IMG/VR virus record: IMGVR_UViG_3300044580_000315
Span: 1 to 47,121 of that record
Length of the DNA: 47,121 nt
Reading direction: 5' to 3' (one strand)
DNA from: a virus
Lineage: Duplodnaviria; Caudoviricetes
Shown: piece by piece, positions 6,246-15,471 of the stretch
How the letters are laid out: each line of letters opens with the position of its first letter
How positions within the stretch are numbered: the first letter of the stretch is position 1
Position numbers and translations under genes: made by a program
The notes under the pieces: model-generated
What the model was told of the DNA's origin: nothing
Seen by the model: the letters and a program-made list of their open reading frames with translations, nothing else
The model's database searches: none

Positions 6246-8814
6246 AGTGTGCCCCTATGCAGGCAAGAGACAGGTCAAGTCGATTACACCTGAAAATCCT
6301 TCTTTTATGGTTATTGGAGAGGCCCCAGGTGCAACCGAAGAGGCTCGAGGAGAGCCTTTTGTTGGCGAGTCTGGCCGCTTCCTCAATTGGGCTTTGGGCC
6401 AAGCTGGGGTCTATCGCCCGAGCGTTTGGTTTTCAAATGTCATAAATTGCCGCCCTCCCTCAAACGACATTACCTCGATAGAGTCCCAGGATGCAATATC
6501 TTGCTGCAAGGCAGGCCTTTGGGAAGAGGTTGATGCCGCTTATGACGCCGGTGCTAGGGTAATTCTCGCCCTTGGCAATACGGCGGCTGGGCTCCTCCTC
6601 TCTCCTAAAGAGTCTCTGACAAAGATAAGGGGCTCTGTTTACACAATCAAAACTCCGAAGCATAACGAGATGCTGGTAGTTCCGACCTATCACCCTTCCT
6701 CTATTATGCGGCACCATTGGAAAAGATCAGGTGGTGGTACTGCTGACGACGCTGTGCTGTGGCTCGCGGACATCAAAAAGGCGGTGAGAATAGCCAAAGA
6801 GGGCTGGTCTATCCCTGAAGAGAAGTTTATTTTAACGCCTAAAATAGAAGATGTAAGGAAGTTCTACAAGTTTGCCATTTCGAAAAAGCCGCTCTTGTCG
6901 GTAGATATCGAGACTACTGGCCTTGATCCTACGAGGAATGAGGTCGTAGTAATCGGATTCGCATGGTCAGAAAGTGAAGCTATATCTATTCCTTTTGTAG
7001 AGAAAGGCAGCCCTTACTGGTCTATTCAGGAAGAGGCAGAAGTCTGGAAAATGGTGACGAATGTTCTCGAGACTTGTCCTCAAATATACCAAAACTGTCT
7101 TTTCGACGTGCCTTTCTTGATAAGGTCGAAAGGGATACCGGCGCATCCACTTGCGGAGCTGGTAGTTCATGACACCTTGCTCTTGCACCACACTTTGGCG
7201 CCTGAGCTGCACCACGACTTAGGAACTATTGCCAGTCTTTACGGAAAGACGCCTTACTGGAAAGAAGTTTTTAAGGGAAGAAAAGTAACTATTCATGAGA
7301 TGGATCAGCTCGAAATGAGAGAGTACAATCTAAGGGACTGTATTGTTCCTTATCAGGCAATAACTCCCATGCTGGCCGACATAGAAGAGAGTGGCCTAAT
7401 GCCTTTCTACAAGGCCGAGGTGCAGCCTCTTCTAGCGCCCCTTATTGAAATGAGCGTAAAAGGCATTTCAATAGACGCAACTCGAGTGACTGCCTTTAAG
7501 AAAAGGATAACCTCTGAAGTAAAAACCTTAGAAGAGAAGCTGCGGGAGTTGGGCAATTTGCCACCTGAGTTCAACCTGGGCTCCGAAGACCATGTAAGGT
7601 ATTTCCTTTTCGGTGAAATTCCTACTTCCTTTAAGCATATTCCTGAGTTGGATAAGAAAAGGGCTGGCACCAAGATTTACCAGCAATTGCTCGAGCTAAA
7701 GAATCTCAGGGATAACACAAAGCCGATCTTTCTACTGCCTTCATGGACTCCACCTAAGACAAAAGAAGGAAAAAGCAGGGTCAACAAAGAGGGATTACTG
7801 TCTTTTCAGATACAGCTCAACAACTATTACCAGAACCATGTGAATAAGGAAAACCTTGCGGCCATAGAGAAGCTCCAAGACTGGCTTATTTTATACAACA
7901 AGTTTAGCGCGGCAAGGAAATTATCGACCTCTTTCTCGGATTACAAGGCCCAAGCAGACGGTCGCATCAGGCCGCAGTGGAAAGTAACTGGTACTGTCTC
8001 AGGCAGACTAAGCTGCGAGAAACCGAACCTTATGCAGTGCCCAAAGCCAAAAGACGACCCCGAAGACCCTGCTTCTCAGGTAAGAGCTTTCTTCAAAAGT
8101 AAAGAAGGATGGTCATATGTTTCTTGTGACTACGTTAACCTCGAAGCACAACTCTTAGCTTACGAGACCCTTGATCCCGTCTTAATAGATATCTTTGAAA
8201 GCGGTAAAAACCTCCATGACATCAATACTCGAGATATGTTCAAGATAGATAAGGAAAACTCTCTCTGGTCAGAAGCAAGAAAAGCAGCGAAGATATTCTT
8301 CTTTGGCGGAATAAGCTATGGTGGCGGCGACATCACTATATATAGAAAATGCTATCTTGCAGCACCAAAGCTGAACCTTACTTTTGCCGACTTTACTAAG
8401 GCGAGGAAAAGCTGGTTTGATGCGCATCCGCATTATGTAGCCTGGAAGAAAGCCCTCACGGAAGAAGTAACTCGAGAAAGGCTTGTGAAAACAGAGTTTG
8501 GCCGAATACGGCAGTTTCTCTCGAATGACGAATCTATAGTGAGAGAAGCCCTTGACTTTAAGATTCAGTCTGCTGGAGCCTCCTTAGTTAATAGAGCTAT
8601 GTCGCGCATCTATAAGGAGAAGATGTCGCGCAACATGCAGGCCTTTTTTGTGTTGCAAATCCACGATCAGTTGGTCATGGAGTGCCCTGATAGCGAAGTA
8701 GAGTCAGTGAAAGAAATGATGGTGCGCCAACTAGAAGCTCCCTTTACCTACAAGGGGTTCACGCGCCATATCCCTGTCGACTGCTCAGTAGGAAAATCAC
8801 TCGCGGAGTTATAA
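6220..8814 (+). CDS. polA: DNA polymerase family A with N-terminal family-4 uracil-DNA glycosylase domain and 3'-5' exonuclease
   Basis: UDG motifs CxxCP, GEAPG, PFVGESG, NCRPP, TYHPS. Exonuclease motifs DIETTG, HDT, YNLRD. Polymerase motifs TVSGRLS, DYVNLE, RKAAKIFFFG..YG, QIHD. Start placed at the ATG after GGAG (track start is 6193). Confidence 0.92.
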   Translation: MTRTKQSCRVCPYAGKRQVKSITPENPSFMVIGEAPGATEEARGEPFVGESGRFLNWALGQAGVYRPSVWFSNVINCRPPSNDITSIESQDAISCCKAGLWEEVDAAYDAGARVILALGNTAAGLLLSPKESLTKIRGSVYTIKTPKHNEMLVVPTYHPSSIMRHHWKRSGGGTADDAVLWLADIKKAVRIAKEGWSIPEEKFILTPKIEDVRKFYKFAISKKPLLSVDIETTGLDPTRNEVVVIGFAWSESEAISIPFVEKGSPYWSIQEEAEVWKMVTNVLETCPQIYQNCLFDVPFLIRSKGIPAHPLAELVVHDTLLLHHTLAPELHHDLGTIASLYGKTPYWKEVFKGRKVTIHEMDQLEMREYNLRDCIVPYQAITPMLADIEESGLMPFYKAEVQPLLAPLIEMSVKGISIDATRVTAFKKRITSEVKTLEEKLRELGNLPPEFNLGSEDHVRYFLFGEIPTSFKHIPELDKKRAGTKIYQQLLELKNLRDNTKPIFLLPSWTPPKTKEGKSRVNKEGLLSFQIQLNNYYQNHVNKENLAAIEKLQDWLILYNKFSAARKLSTSFSDYKAQADGRIRPQWKVTGTVSGRLSCEKPNLMQCPKPKDDPEDPASQVRAFFKSKEGWSYVSCDYVNLEAQLLAYETLDPVLIDIFESGKNLHDINTRDMFKIDKENSLWSEARKAAKIFFFGGISYGGGDITIYRKCYLAAPKLNLTFADFTKARKSWFDAHPHYVAWKKALTEEVTRERLVKTEFGRIRQFLSNDESIVREALDFKIQSAGASLVNRAMSRIYKEKMSRNMQAFFVLQIHDQLVMECPDSEVESVKEMMVRQLEAPFTYKGFTRHIPVDCSVGKSLAEL

Positions 8815-10341
8815 ATGGCTAACTTATGGGAAACATTCAAAATCCCGCTAGAGGTGTCTCCTGAAGAGGAATACCGACCTGAAATCGAAGACAAGGAACC
8901 TAAGAAGCGCCGCAGGAGAGAGAAGGAGACGAAAAAAGACGTCAAGGAAGAAACGGTGCTCATTACTCAAAATGAGGCCGAGATTCTAGCAATGCTAGAA
9001 AGTCAACCTGAGGCATTTGTAGAGCCACTTGTAAAGCCTTATGCACAAGACCCTGCGGATTTCCTAGTGCCGAGAGAGAGCTTTGTGTCTGACTTTGTAA
9101 ATATGGGCCGAGGCACTGAGGCGCCAACACTGTTTCTAATGTGGGGCGCATTGTGGACTTTATCTACGGCTCTCGGCAGAAATGCCTGGATTAAGTGGTT
9201 TCCAAAAGGGCTGTGGCCGAATCTCTATGTCATATTTATCGCGCCGGCGGGTATATGCAGGAAGAGCTTCTCTATTGACTTAGGAAAGCAAATTCTCGAG
9301 GAGTCGGAGAAGTACTGGAGAGATAACATGGAAGCCTTTCAAAATAGCTACAGGTTCATTACCTCGAAAAGCTCGCCTGGAGGTCTCTACATGATGCTCA
9401 AGCCGGAGCAGCATATCTTTATAGACCAAGAGCACAACGCGATTGTACGCAAAGAGAGGGGCTCGAAGGTAGTTATGGCCATTTCTGAGCTAGCGACCTT
9501 TATCTCAAAGCAGCAGTATAATACCGGCCTTGTGAATAACCTTACCGACCTTTATGACTGCAAGGACAAAGACTCTGAGATCACTCGAGACAGAGGCGTT
9601 GAAGAGCTAGAGAATGTATATGTTACTCTTGCTGGAGCAATTACTCCAACAGGAATGGAAGAATCGATACCTAAAGAGGCTCTTTCAGGCGGCTTCGTCT
9701 CGAGGTCAATATTGGTGTATCAGGACTTGCCCACTAAGATATACCCTATGCCGATGCACTTTGACGGCTTTCCCACAATACCTGACTTGGGCAAAAAGCT
9801 GGCCTGGATAGCCCAAGAAAACAGGGGAGAGTATTACTTCACTCCAGAGGCAGAAGTTGCCTTTACACAGTGGTATGTCGAGTGGAAAACGAGGATCATA
9901 ACAGGTGATGCTGGTCTCCGAGAAGACGAGAACAGGCGCGACATTTTAGTACGCAAAACTGCCATGCTCATGAGGGCAGCAGAGTATCGGCGAGGCGGCG
10001 ATATCACCTTGCAAAACTTCAAAGATGCAGAGAACTTGCTCGACTACACTTACAAGGTGAGTGCCAAAATGATGCTTAATATGGGCGGCAGCGAGTTCAC
10101 TAAAAACTTGGCCAAGATAAAAGCCTATATACAAAAGAAGGAAGTTCTTACTAGAAAACAGCTTGTGACGAGGTATTCGAGTTCTATCCCTTCAGTGGAG
10201 ATCACAAGGCTTGTGAATCAGCTTATAGATCAGGGCGAAATAGTGGCAGAGGTGGCTGGCAAAACTATCTATCATTCTATAGGTAACTCGAAAGAGGTTT
10301 ACCACTATACTTCGATAGAGGAATTCTATGAAAAACGGTAA
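8815..10341 (+). CDS. DUF3987/YfjI-type P-loop ATPase, probable replicative helicase with C-terminal winged helix
   Basis: PNLYVIFIAPAGICRKS (Walker A-like), ISELATF, LTDLYD, TLAGAITP and GGFVSR motifs. Directly downstream of the polymerase. Confidence 0.7.
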   Translation: MANLWETFKIPLEVSPEEEYRPEIEDKEPKKRRRREKETKKDVKEETVLITQNEAEILAMLESQPEAFVEPLVKPYAQDPADFLVPRESFVSDFVNMGRGTEAPTLFLMWGALWTLSTALGRNAWIKWFPKGLWPNLYVIFIAPAGICRKSFSIDLGKQILEESEKYWRDNMEAFQNSYRFITSKSSPGGLYMMLKPEQHIFIDQEHNAIVRKERGSKVVMAISELATFISKQQYNTGLVNNLTDLYDCKDKDSEITRDRGVEELENVYVTLAGAITPTGMEESIPKEALSGGFVSRSILVYQDLPTKIYPMPMHFDGFPTIPDLGKKLAWIAQENRGEYYFTPEAEVAFTQWYVEWKTRIITGDAGLREDENRRDILVRKTAMLMRAAEYRRGGDITLQNFKDAENLLDYTYKVSAKMMLNMGGSEFTKNLAKIKAYIQKKEVLTRKQLVTRYSSSIPSVEITRLVNQLIDQGEIVAEVAGKTIYHSIGNSKEVYHYTSIEEFYEKR

Positions 10342-10930
10342 GTGCGGCAGACTCTCTTGCATTGCTGAGGGAGTCTTTACTTTAAGGCAGCTGAGAGAAG
10401 CCTATAAGAAATGTGGCTCTGTCCGCGCAACTGCAGAATATTTAGGTGTAAGTCCTACCACAGTAAAGAAGTATCTCAAAGGAGGCCTATTGCCTCGAGG
10501 CAGGCCCATCCAGCCTTACTTGTGGAAAACTGCTATTGCGAGCGAAGTGGGCCAGTGGTTTGAGCTGCACAAAGAAGAAAGGCTGCCTTCTCATCCTAAA
10601 GACATAGCCGAGTTGTCAGGTTTTACTGTGAATCAGGTAAGGCGCTTTTTATACTCAAGACGAAAAGCAGCGGAGTCTTATCTTAAAACCTTGCCGGAAC
10701 CTACCTCAAAAGTAATAATTTTCAGAGACATAGAAGGGAACCAAGTGCCTTCTTCCTTCATAAAAGCCTTTACTACCGAGGTAAAGCTTTCTTCCTTAGA
10801 TGTCACCTTAAATGTGGTGCTCACTGTCGGTGGGCAGCGAGTAATAAAAATCCCCTTCAGAGAGTATGAAGCTGCTCTGAAAGGGACATCTACTTCGATA
10901 CCTACAATAGGCATTAAAACGGCAAGATGA
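10328..10930 (+). CDS. HTH DNA-binding protein (two HTH-like segments)
   Basis: SVRATAEYLGVSPTTVKKYL and PKDIAELSGFTVNQVRRFL. Confidence 0.7.
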   Translation: MKNGKCGRLSCIAEGVFTLRQLREAYKKCGSVRATAEYLGVSPTTVKKYLKGGLLPRGRPIQPYLWKTAIASEVGQWFELHKEERLPSHPKDIAELSGFTVNQVRRFLYSRRKAAESYLKTLPEPTSKVIIFRDIEGNQVPSSFIKAFTTEVKLSSLDVTLNVVLTVGGQRVIKIPFREYEAALKGTSTSIPTIGIKTAR

Positions 10931-13900
10931 AATGATCCCATGGCCCAGGCGATCTGTGCGCCCCTAAAGCGTTATAGAAAGCACCCCAGCCGTCACCCTT
11001 AGACAATGCGTCCCACGCATCTATCATAGAGTTAACCTGAAGACCGAAGGGGGCCAGCAGCCTTGGATAATTCAAGGTGAGCTGGCCATTTTTCTTTGCG
11101 AGAGGGCCAAAGTTGAGGGCCAACTGATTCACTGTCATTTTACCAACTGTCGTTGTCTGGTCAGTATTGCCCGCAAAGAATTGCGCTATCGAGGTAAACA
11201 AGGGGCCACCATGAAATCTAAAGGGATCAAGAATAGAGAATCCATTGTAGTCGACGCCAACTGCGTAAAAGGCATTGCGCAGCAGCGCAGTGATAGCAAC
11301 AAGCCTCGTGAAAGTAGCGAGGCCTTGGGCCATATCAGGCGCGTGCAGCATCTGATTGTACAGCTGTATCTGATTCACAGAATAAGTGCCGAACTGCCCG
11401 AAAAGCCTGCCTATGGTGCCCCTGAACATTCTCGACTTCATGGAGTACTCATAGTCGAACATCAGCCTGCCAATAGCTTCAGTTTGGGCCAAGTCCCTTG
11501 CCGCTTCCAGTTGCCCTTTTCCCAGCAGCCCTTCTATACTATCAAGGGCTTCCTTCGACATAAAGCTGCTGTAGTGAGTGTACTTTGCAAAGTCCTTAAA
11601 GTCCTTGACAATGCCTTTCTGCCACTTTTCAAGGCCCTCGTCGAACATTTGTGCAGTTACTTTAGCCGTCGCGCCTCTGGTAAGATACTCGGAATTTTGC
11701 TGCCCTCGCATTGCCAGATCGAGAAGATTCTTCCTCACACTCTGATATTCACCAGTAATATTGGAGAAAACTTTCTCGGAGATAATGCCCTTTTCAAACA
11801 TTACTCTCAGCTCTGCATCGGTAAGATCGGTATAAGCCTGAAGTGCTCTACTGCCGAAAATAGCGTAAGTATTCGCAAATTGTGACGAGTTATAAATGAT
11901 CCTCATAGGCCTGAATCCGAGGGTAGAGGCAGCCACTTGCTGCTGCAAGTCGTTAAGTATATCGTCGGTGATAACTTTGGTAGCTCTATTCGCAAAAGCT
12001 CTTCCTACTGCGGTGTCGCCAAACTTCTCGGAAGCCCAGCTAAAAGCCTCAGAAATTCCCTTGGAAAGATTCAATGAAATAGTTCGTAGTTCTTGGCCTG
12101 TTCTGTCTACAGTGCCTCCCAAAATAGCTCCATTAAGGGAAAGCAGCGAGTTATATTGCGAAGGAGTAACCTTATCTTTGAGGCTTTCTACAAAATCTTT
12201 CAACTCTTTAGAAAGTTTTCCTAGATGCAGCTCTCTGTAGCCTTTTTCTACATAGAACTCGGCACTACGGAGTGCATTTCTCTCGACAAACATGTTAACT
12301 ACATCATCGAGCCTACTATTCTTCGCGAAGAATTTTAGTTCTCTCATGTTCTCATATGAGGTGCCAAATGCCTTTTGCGCAAAGTCTACGGCACCTTCAG
12401 TCTCCTTCATTATAGAGGCCAATACTTCGGGATTTTTGAGGTCTCTTAACCTGGGGCCATAGTTTTCCATGAATCCAATGTAGTTGATGCCAAAGAGTTG
12501 TCCTGTAGTGTCATAGAAATTCCTTAGAGCCCACATTCTCCTTGCATCACCACTTGTCCACTCCTTGCCCATCGATTTAGCTACATCGGCCCATTGCTCC
12601 GGCTTATAAAACAGCATTTCCTGATAAAGCTCGCTCACTGCTTCTGGAACTATCTTGCCGTTGTCTCCAGTAAAAATGGCTCTTAGCGCAGTCTTGGCTT
12701 TCAAGATGTCCGCAGCAGCTGCCTTATTGTGCAGGGTAACCCTTCGGCCCATGTTGGCTATCTCAGGTTGATGTAAAAGCTGTGCCAACTTGTCTAGTGC
12801 ACCTTGAGTCGGCCTTCCGATCATCTCCACGTCACTCAAAAACGGCTTGAAAGGATAGTTGAACTGCTTATTGTAAGGGAATGGGCTGACTCCTCCCTCT
12901 CCTAACACCTGGGCCTCGATAGTTGCCCGCAGCTCGTCAGAAAACTCCTTATCGACAAAAGGAGTAAGCTCTCGCCATGTCATGTCAGGAATGCTTGCCA
13001 TGTAATTCTGGAGTTTCTCTAAGCTGTTAAAAGCTATCTCTTTAGAGGGACTTTTTAATACTGCAAGGCCATTTTCATTGAAAGTGAGTCTATAGCCTTT
13101 CCTTGCCGCAGAAAGGGAAAGCCGTGTGGTTTTATCCGCAGCTTCTGTAAGAAATTGCCGTGCCTGCTTCGAGTTGGTAAAGGTTTTCTTGAAGCCAGTG
13201 GAAGGTATTTCGACAAGGATTTCGCCGCCCCTTTTATTCGTCGTCATTTTCCACTTCATTCCGTCACGATAAGTCCCTGAAACTTCACTGCCAGGAGGCA
13301 CTACACTCTTGAAATCTACAGAGTCAGTCCAGTTTCTGTTGACGTAATCCATAATGGACTCGACAGGGCCTGAAATAACAGTCTTGCCGACCATTAACTT
13401 GTCGCCCTCGAGAATGATATCTGGCATCATGGTGTCAGGAAACTTAATGCCGCCAAATGGAGCCCACTGCATTAGCTCACTTATAGACCGCGACTCTTGC
13501 ACAATCTTGCCAAAAGCGTCTCTTGCCACATAGAGCTTTACTCCATCACCTGTAAGAGTCAAATCTACACTATACCCTGTAGTGTTCTTAAAGGCAGCTA
13601 AGGCAGTTGCGTCATCTATAAAGTCGTTCTCAATCAAATGGCCCCAAATGATCTTATTGGCATTATCAACAGAAATGTTATTAAGAGCCCTCCCGTCAGG
13701 AAATTTTATATCTACAAGGTTGCTGCCTTTCTCAATAACCTCACCGCCTCCATAAACCCCAAAAACAGCATTAAGAGCCCTCACATCTTGGGAGAGAGGG
13801 GAGACCGGCAAGCCCTGCCTTTCAAGTAGAGTGTCGAAAAAAGCCCGAGTTTGCGGCTTAGTAATAGTGGAAGGCAACGTCATGTTGCCTTTAATGGTAT

Positions 13901-15455
13901 AGTCCTTAAAAGAAGAGAGAAAAGAGTCTTCGTCAATGAAGTTGATATCGCCAATATAGGGATTCACTTTGCGCAAGACTGTTTCAACTGCCTTTTTATC
14001 CAGCTGGCCAGTCTTGAAGTCCGGCTCAATGAGGCCTCTCCACTGCGAGGAAGGAATGTCGTCAAGGGTTGCCGCAGCAGGTCTATAAACTTTTATCCTA
14101 GCAGGGCCTCCAATTTCTCCAAAATCTACATTCTTGAAGCCCATGTTCTGCATGAAGCTGGCCGCCTCGACCATGCTATCCGCAGTTTTCAGCACTTTAC
14201 CGTCAAGGCTAAAAATATCAATTTTGCCTTGCGGAGTAAACTCGACGTCGAAACCCATAGCCTTGGAAAGAATAGTAAAGCCGCCTTGCGAGTGAGGATT
14301 GAAGTCTTTGACCGATTTCAAGACCTGCATCCTGGCCGCATTGTTGAGAGCTATCTTCTGGTACTCTTCAGGCAACTGCTGAAGTATCTCGCCAGGAACT
14401 TTGCCGTCAATAAGTTGCATCATAGTCTGCATCATATCGTCGGAGCTGCCATTTTTCATTACCTTAACTATGTCTTCCATAGTCTTGGCGTTATTAACCT
14501 TGAAGCCAACTACACCCCTGTGGATAGTGGTCTTCAGTATTTTTGCAGCTTGAGCGGCAGTGTTAAAAAGTATGTCATAAGCAATACCTGTGCCAAAAAC
14601 CATAGCAGTATCCCTAAACATTTGTTTAGTATCTCCAGAAAGCCCCTCTTGAATAAGATCAGGCATTCTCACTGCCAAGTTAGTAAGACCGCCACCGGCA
14701 ACACTCTTCACAAAAATAGGCAAAGTGTTGTAGATAAGTCTGTCCTTAAAGGAAGTACCTAGAGTGGCTTGTACATTTTTGACATAGTTCCAAGCCTTGC
14801 TGGTGAAAAGACCCGGCGAAGCCATAGTTCCTACAAACATTCTATCCAGGGTAGCAAACTCTGCCATCTGCGCAATAGTGCCAGTGACTTGCGCCTTGGC
14901 CTGCGCAACTTCCGCATCTCGAGGATGCATTCTCGACAACATTGCTGAGGAAATATTCGAGTAGTCCTGCACATGAAATGCAAGATCGTCGAACATTTTC
15001 TGATCTTTTCCAAAAAGAGTCTCGAGCGCATCCTTGGCGCCCATCATCACCTTGCCCAGCAGTGTCGAGGTTCTTATGTTGTTGCCAACAATCCAGCCCG
15101 AGGCCCACTGCGTCGCGTCAGGATTTCCTTTGTCCATCTCATTGAGGATGAACATACCCTTTTGGTACTCAGAAATGCCGCTGCCGACCCACGCATTTCC
15201 CCGGTTTTGTAACAGTGACGCTTCCATCTCAGGAGTAAGAGTCACATCTTGTGACACAGTAGGCTTTAGCATAGAGACATTTTTCTTCATAATTGCATTG
15301 AAAGTTGCCTCCTTGTCCGCCGGATTTAGTGCGACAAACTGAGGATCAGCAGCGAGCTTCTTCCTTAAAATATTCGCCACTACTGTCTGCTGATCCCCAT
15401 ACGGCAACTTTCTGTACTCAGGATCACTGAAAAGGCTAGAAAGGTCGATTGCCAT
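10914..15455 (-). CDS. Large internal virion / DNA ejection protein (1513 aa)
   Basis: Last and largest gene of the structural operon. C-terminal region typical of podovirus ejection proteins (GRLFGQFGTYS). Assigned mainly by synteny. Confidence 0.65.
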   Translation of the reverse strand: MAIDLSSLFSDPEYRKLPYGDQQTVVANILRKKLAADPQFVALNPADKEATFNAIMKKNVSMLKPTVSQDVTLTPEMEASLLQNRGNAWVGSGISEYQKGMFILNEMDKGNPDATQWASGWIVGNNIRTSTLLGKVMMGAKDALETLFGKDQKMFDDLAFHVQDYSNISSAMLSRMHPRDAEVAQAKAQVTGTIAQMAEFATLDRMFVGTMASPGLFTSKAWNYVKNVQATLGTSFKDRLIYNTLPIFVKSVAGGGLTNLAVRMPDLIQEGLSGDTKQMFRDTAMVFGTGIAYDILFNTAAQAAKILKTTIHRGVVGFKVNNAKTMEDIVKVMKNGSSDDMMQTMMQLIDGKVPGEILQQLPEEYQKIALNNAARMQVLKSVKDFNPHSQGGFTILSKAMGFDVEFTPQGKIDIFSLDGKVLKTADSMVEAASFMQNMGFKNVDFGEIGGPARIKVYRPAAATLDDIPSSQWRGLIEPDFKTGQLDKKAVETVLRKVNPYIGDINFIDEDSFLSSFKDYTIKGNMTLPSTITKPQTRAFFDTLLERQGLPVSPLSQDVRALNAVFGVYGGGEVIEKGSNLVDIKFPDGRALNNISVDNANKIIWGHLIENDFIDDATALAAFKNTTGYSVDLTLTGDGVKLYVARDAFGKIVQESRSISELMQWAPFGGIKFPDTMMPDIILEGDKLMVGKTVISGPVESIMDYVNRNWTDSVDFKSVVPPGSEVSGTYRDGMKWKMTTNKRGGEILVEIPSTGFKKTFTNSKQARQFLTEAADKTTRLSLSAARKGYRLTFNENGLAVLKSPSKEIAFNSLEKLQNYMASIPDMTWRELTPFVDKEFSDELRATIEAQVLGEGGVSPFPYNKQFNYPFKPFLSDVEMIGRPTQGALDKLAQLLHQPEIANMGRRVTLHNKAAAADILKAKTALRAIFTGDNGKIVPEAVSELYQEMLFYKPEQWADVAKSMGKEWTSGDARRMWALRNFYDTTGQLFGINYIGFMENYGPRLRDLKNPEVLASIMKETEGAVDFAQKAFGTSYENMRELKFFAKNSRLDDVVNMFVERNALRSAEFYVEKGYRELHLGKLSKELKDFVESLKDKVTPSQYNSLLSLNGAILGGTVDRTGQELRTISLNLSKGISEAFSWASEKFGDTAVGRAFANRATKVITDDILNDLQQQVAASTLGFRPMRIIYNSSQFANTYAIFGSRALQAYTDLTDAELRVMFEKGIISEKVFSNITGEYQSVRKNLLDLAMRGQQNSEYLTRGATAKVTAQMFDEGLEKWQKGIVKDFKDFAKYTHYSSFMSKEALDSIEGLLGKGQLEAARDLAQTEAIGRLMFDYEYSMKSRMFRGTIGRLFGQFGTYSVNQIQLYNQMLHAPDMAQGLATFTRLVAITALLRNAFYAVGVDYNGFSILDPFRFHGGPLFTSIAQFFAGNTDQTTTVGKMTVNQLALNFGPLAKKNGQLTLNYPRLLAPFGLQVNSMIDAWDALSKGDGWGAFYNALGAHRSPGPWDHFILPF

Positions 15456-15471
15456 TACTTGCCCCTTTGAC

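Noticed and set aside
5485-8814. DNA base-modification pathway (7-deazaguanine or 2-aminoadenine)
   Set aside because: No dpdA, queC, queD, folE or purZ recognised, and the QueE-like protein lacks the Fe-S cysteines.
11181-14762. Long plus-strand ORFs (11181..11885, 13851..14762) and similar antisense ORFs elsewhere
   Set aside because: They are antisense shadows of long genes, without RBS or recognisable motifs.
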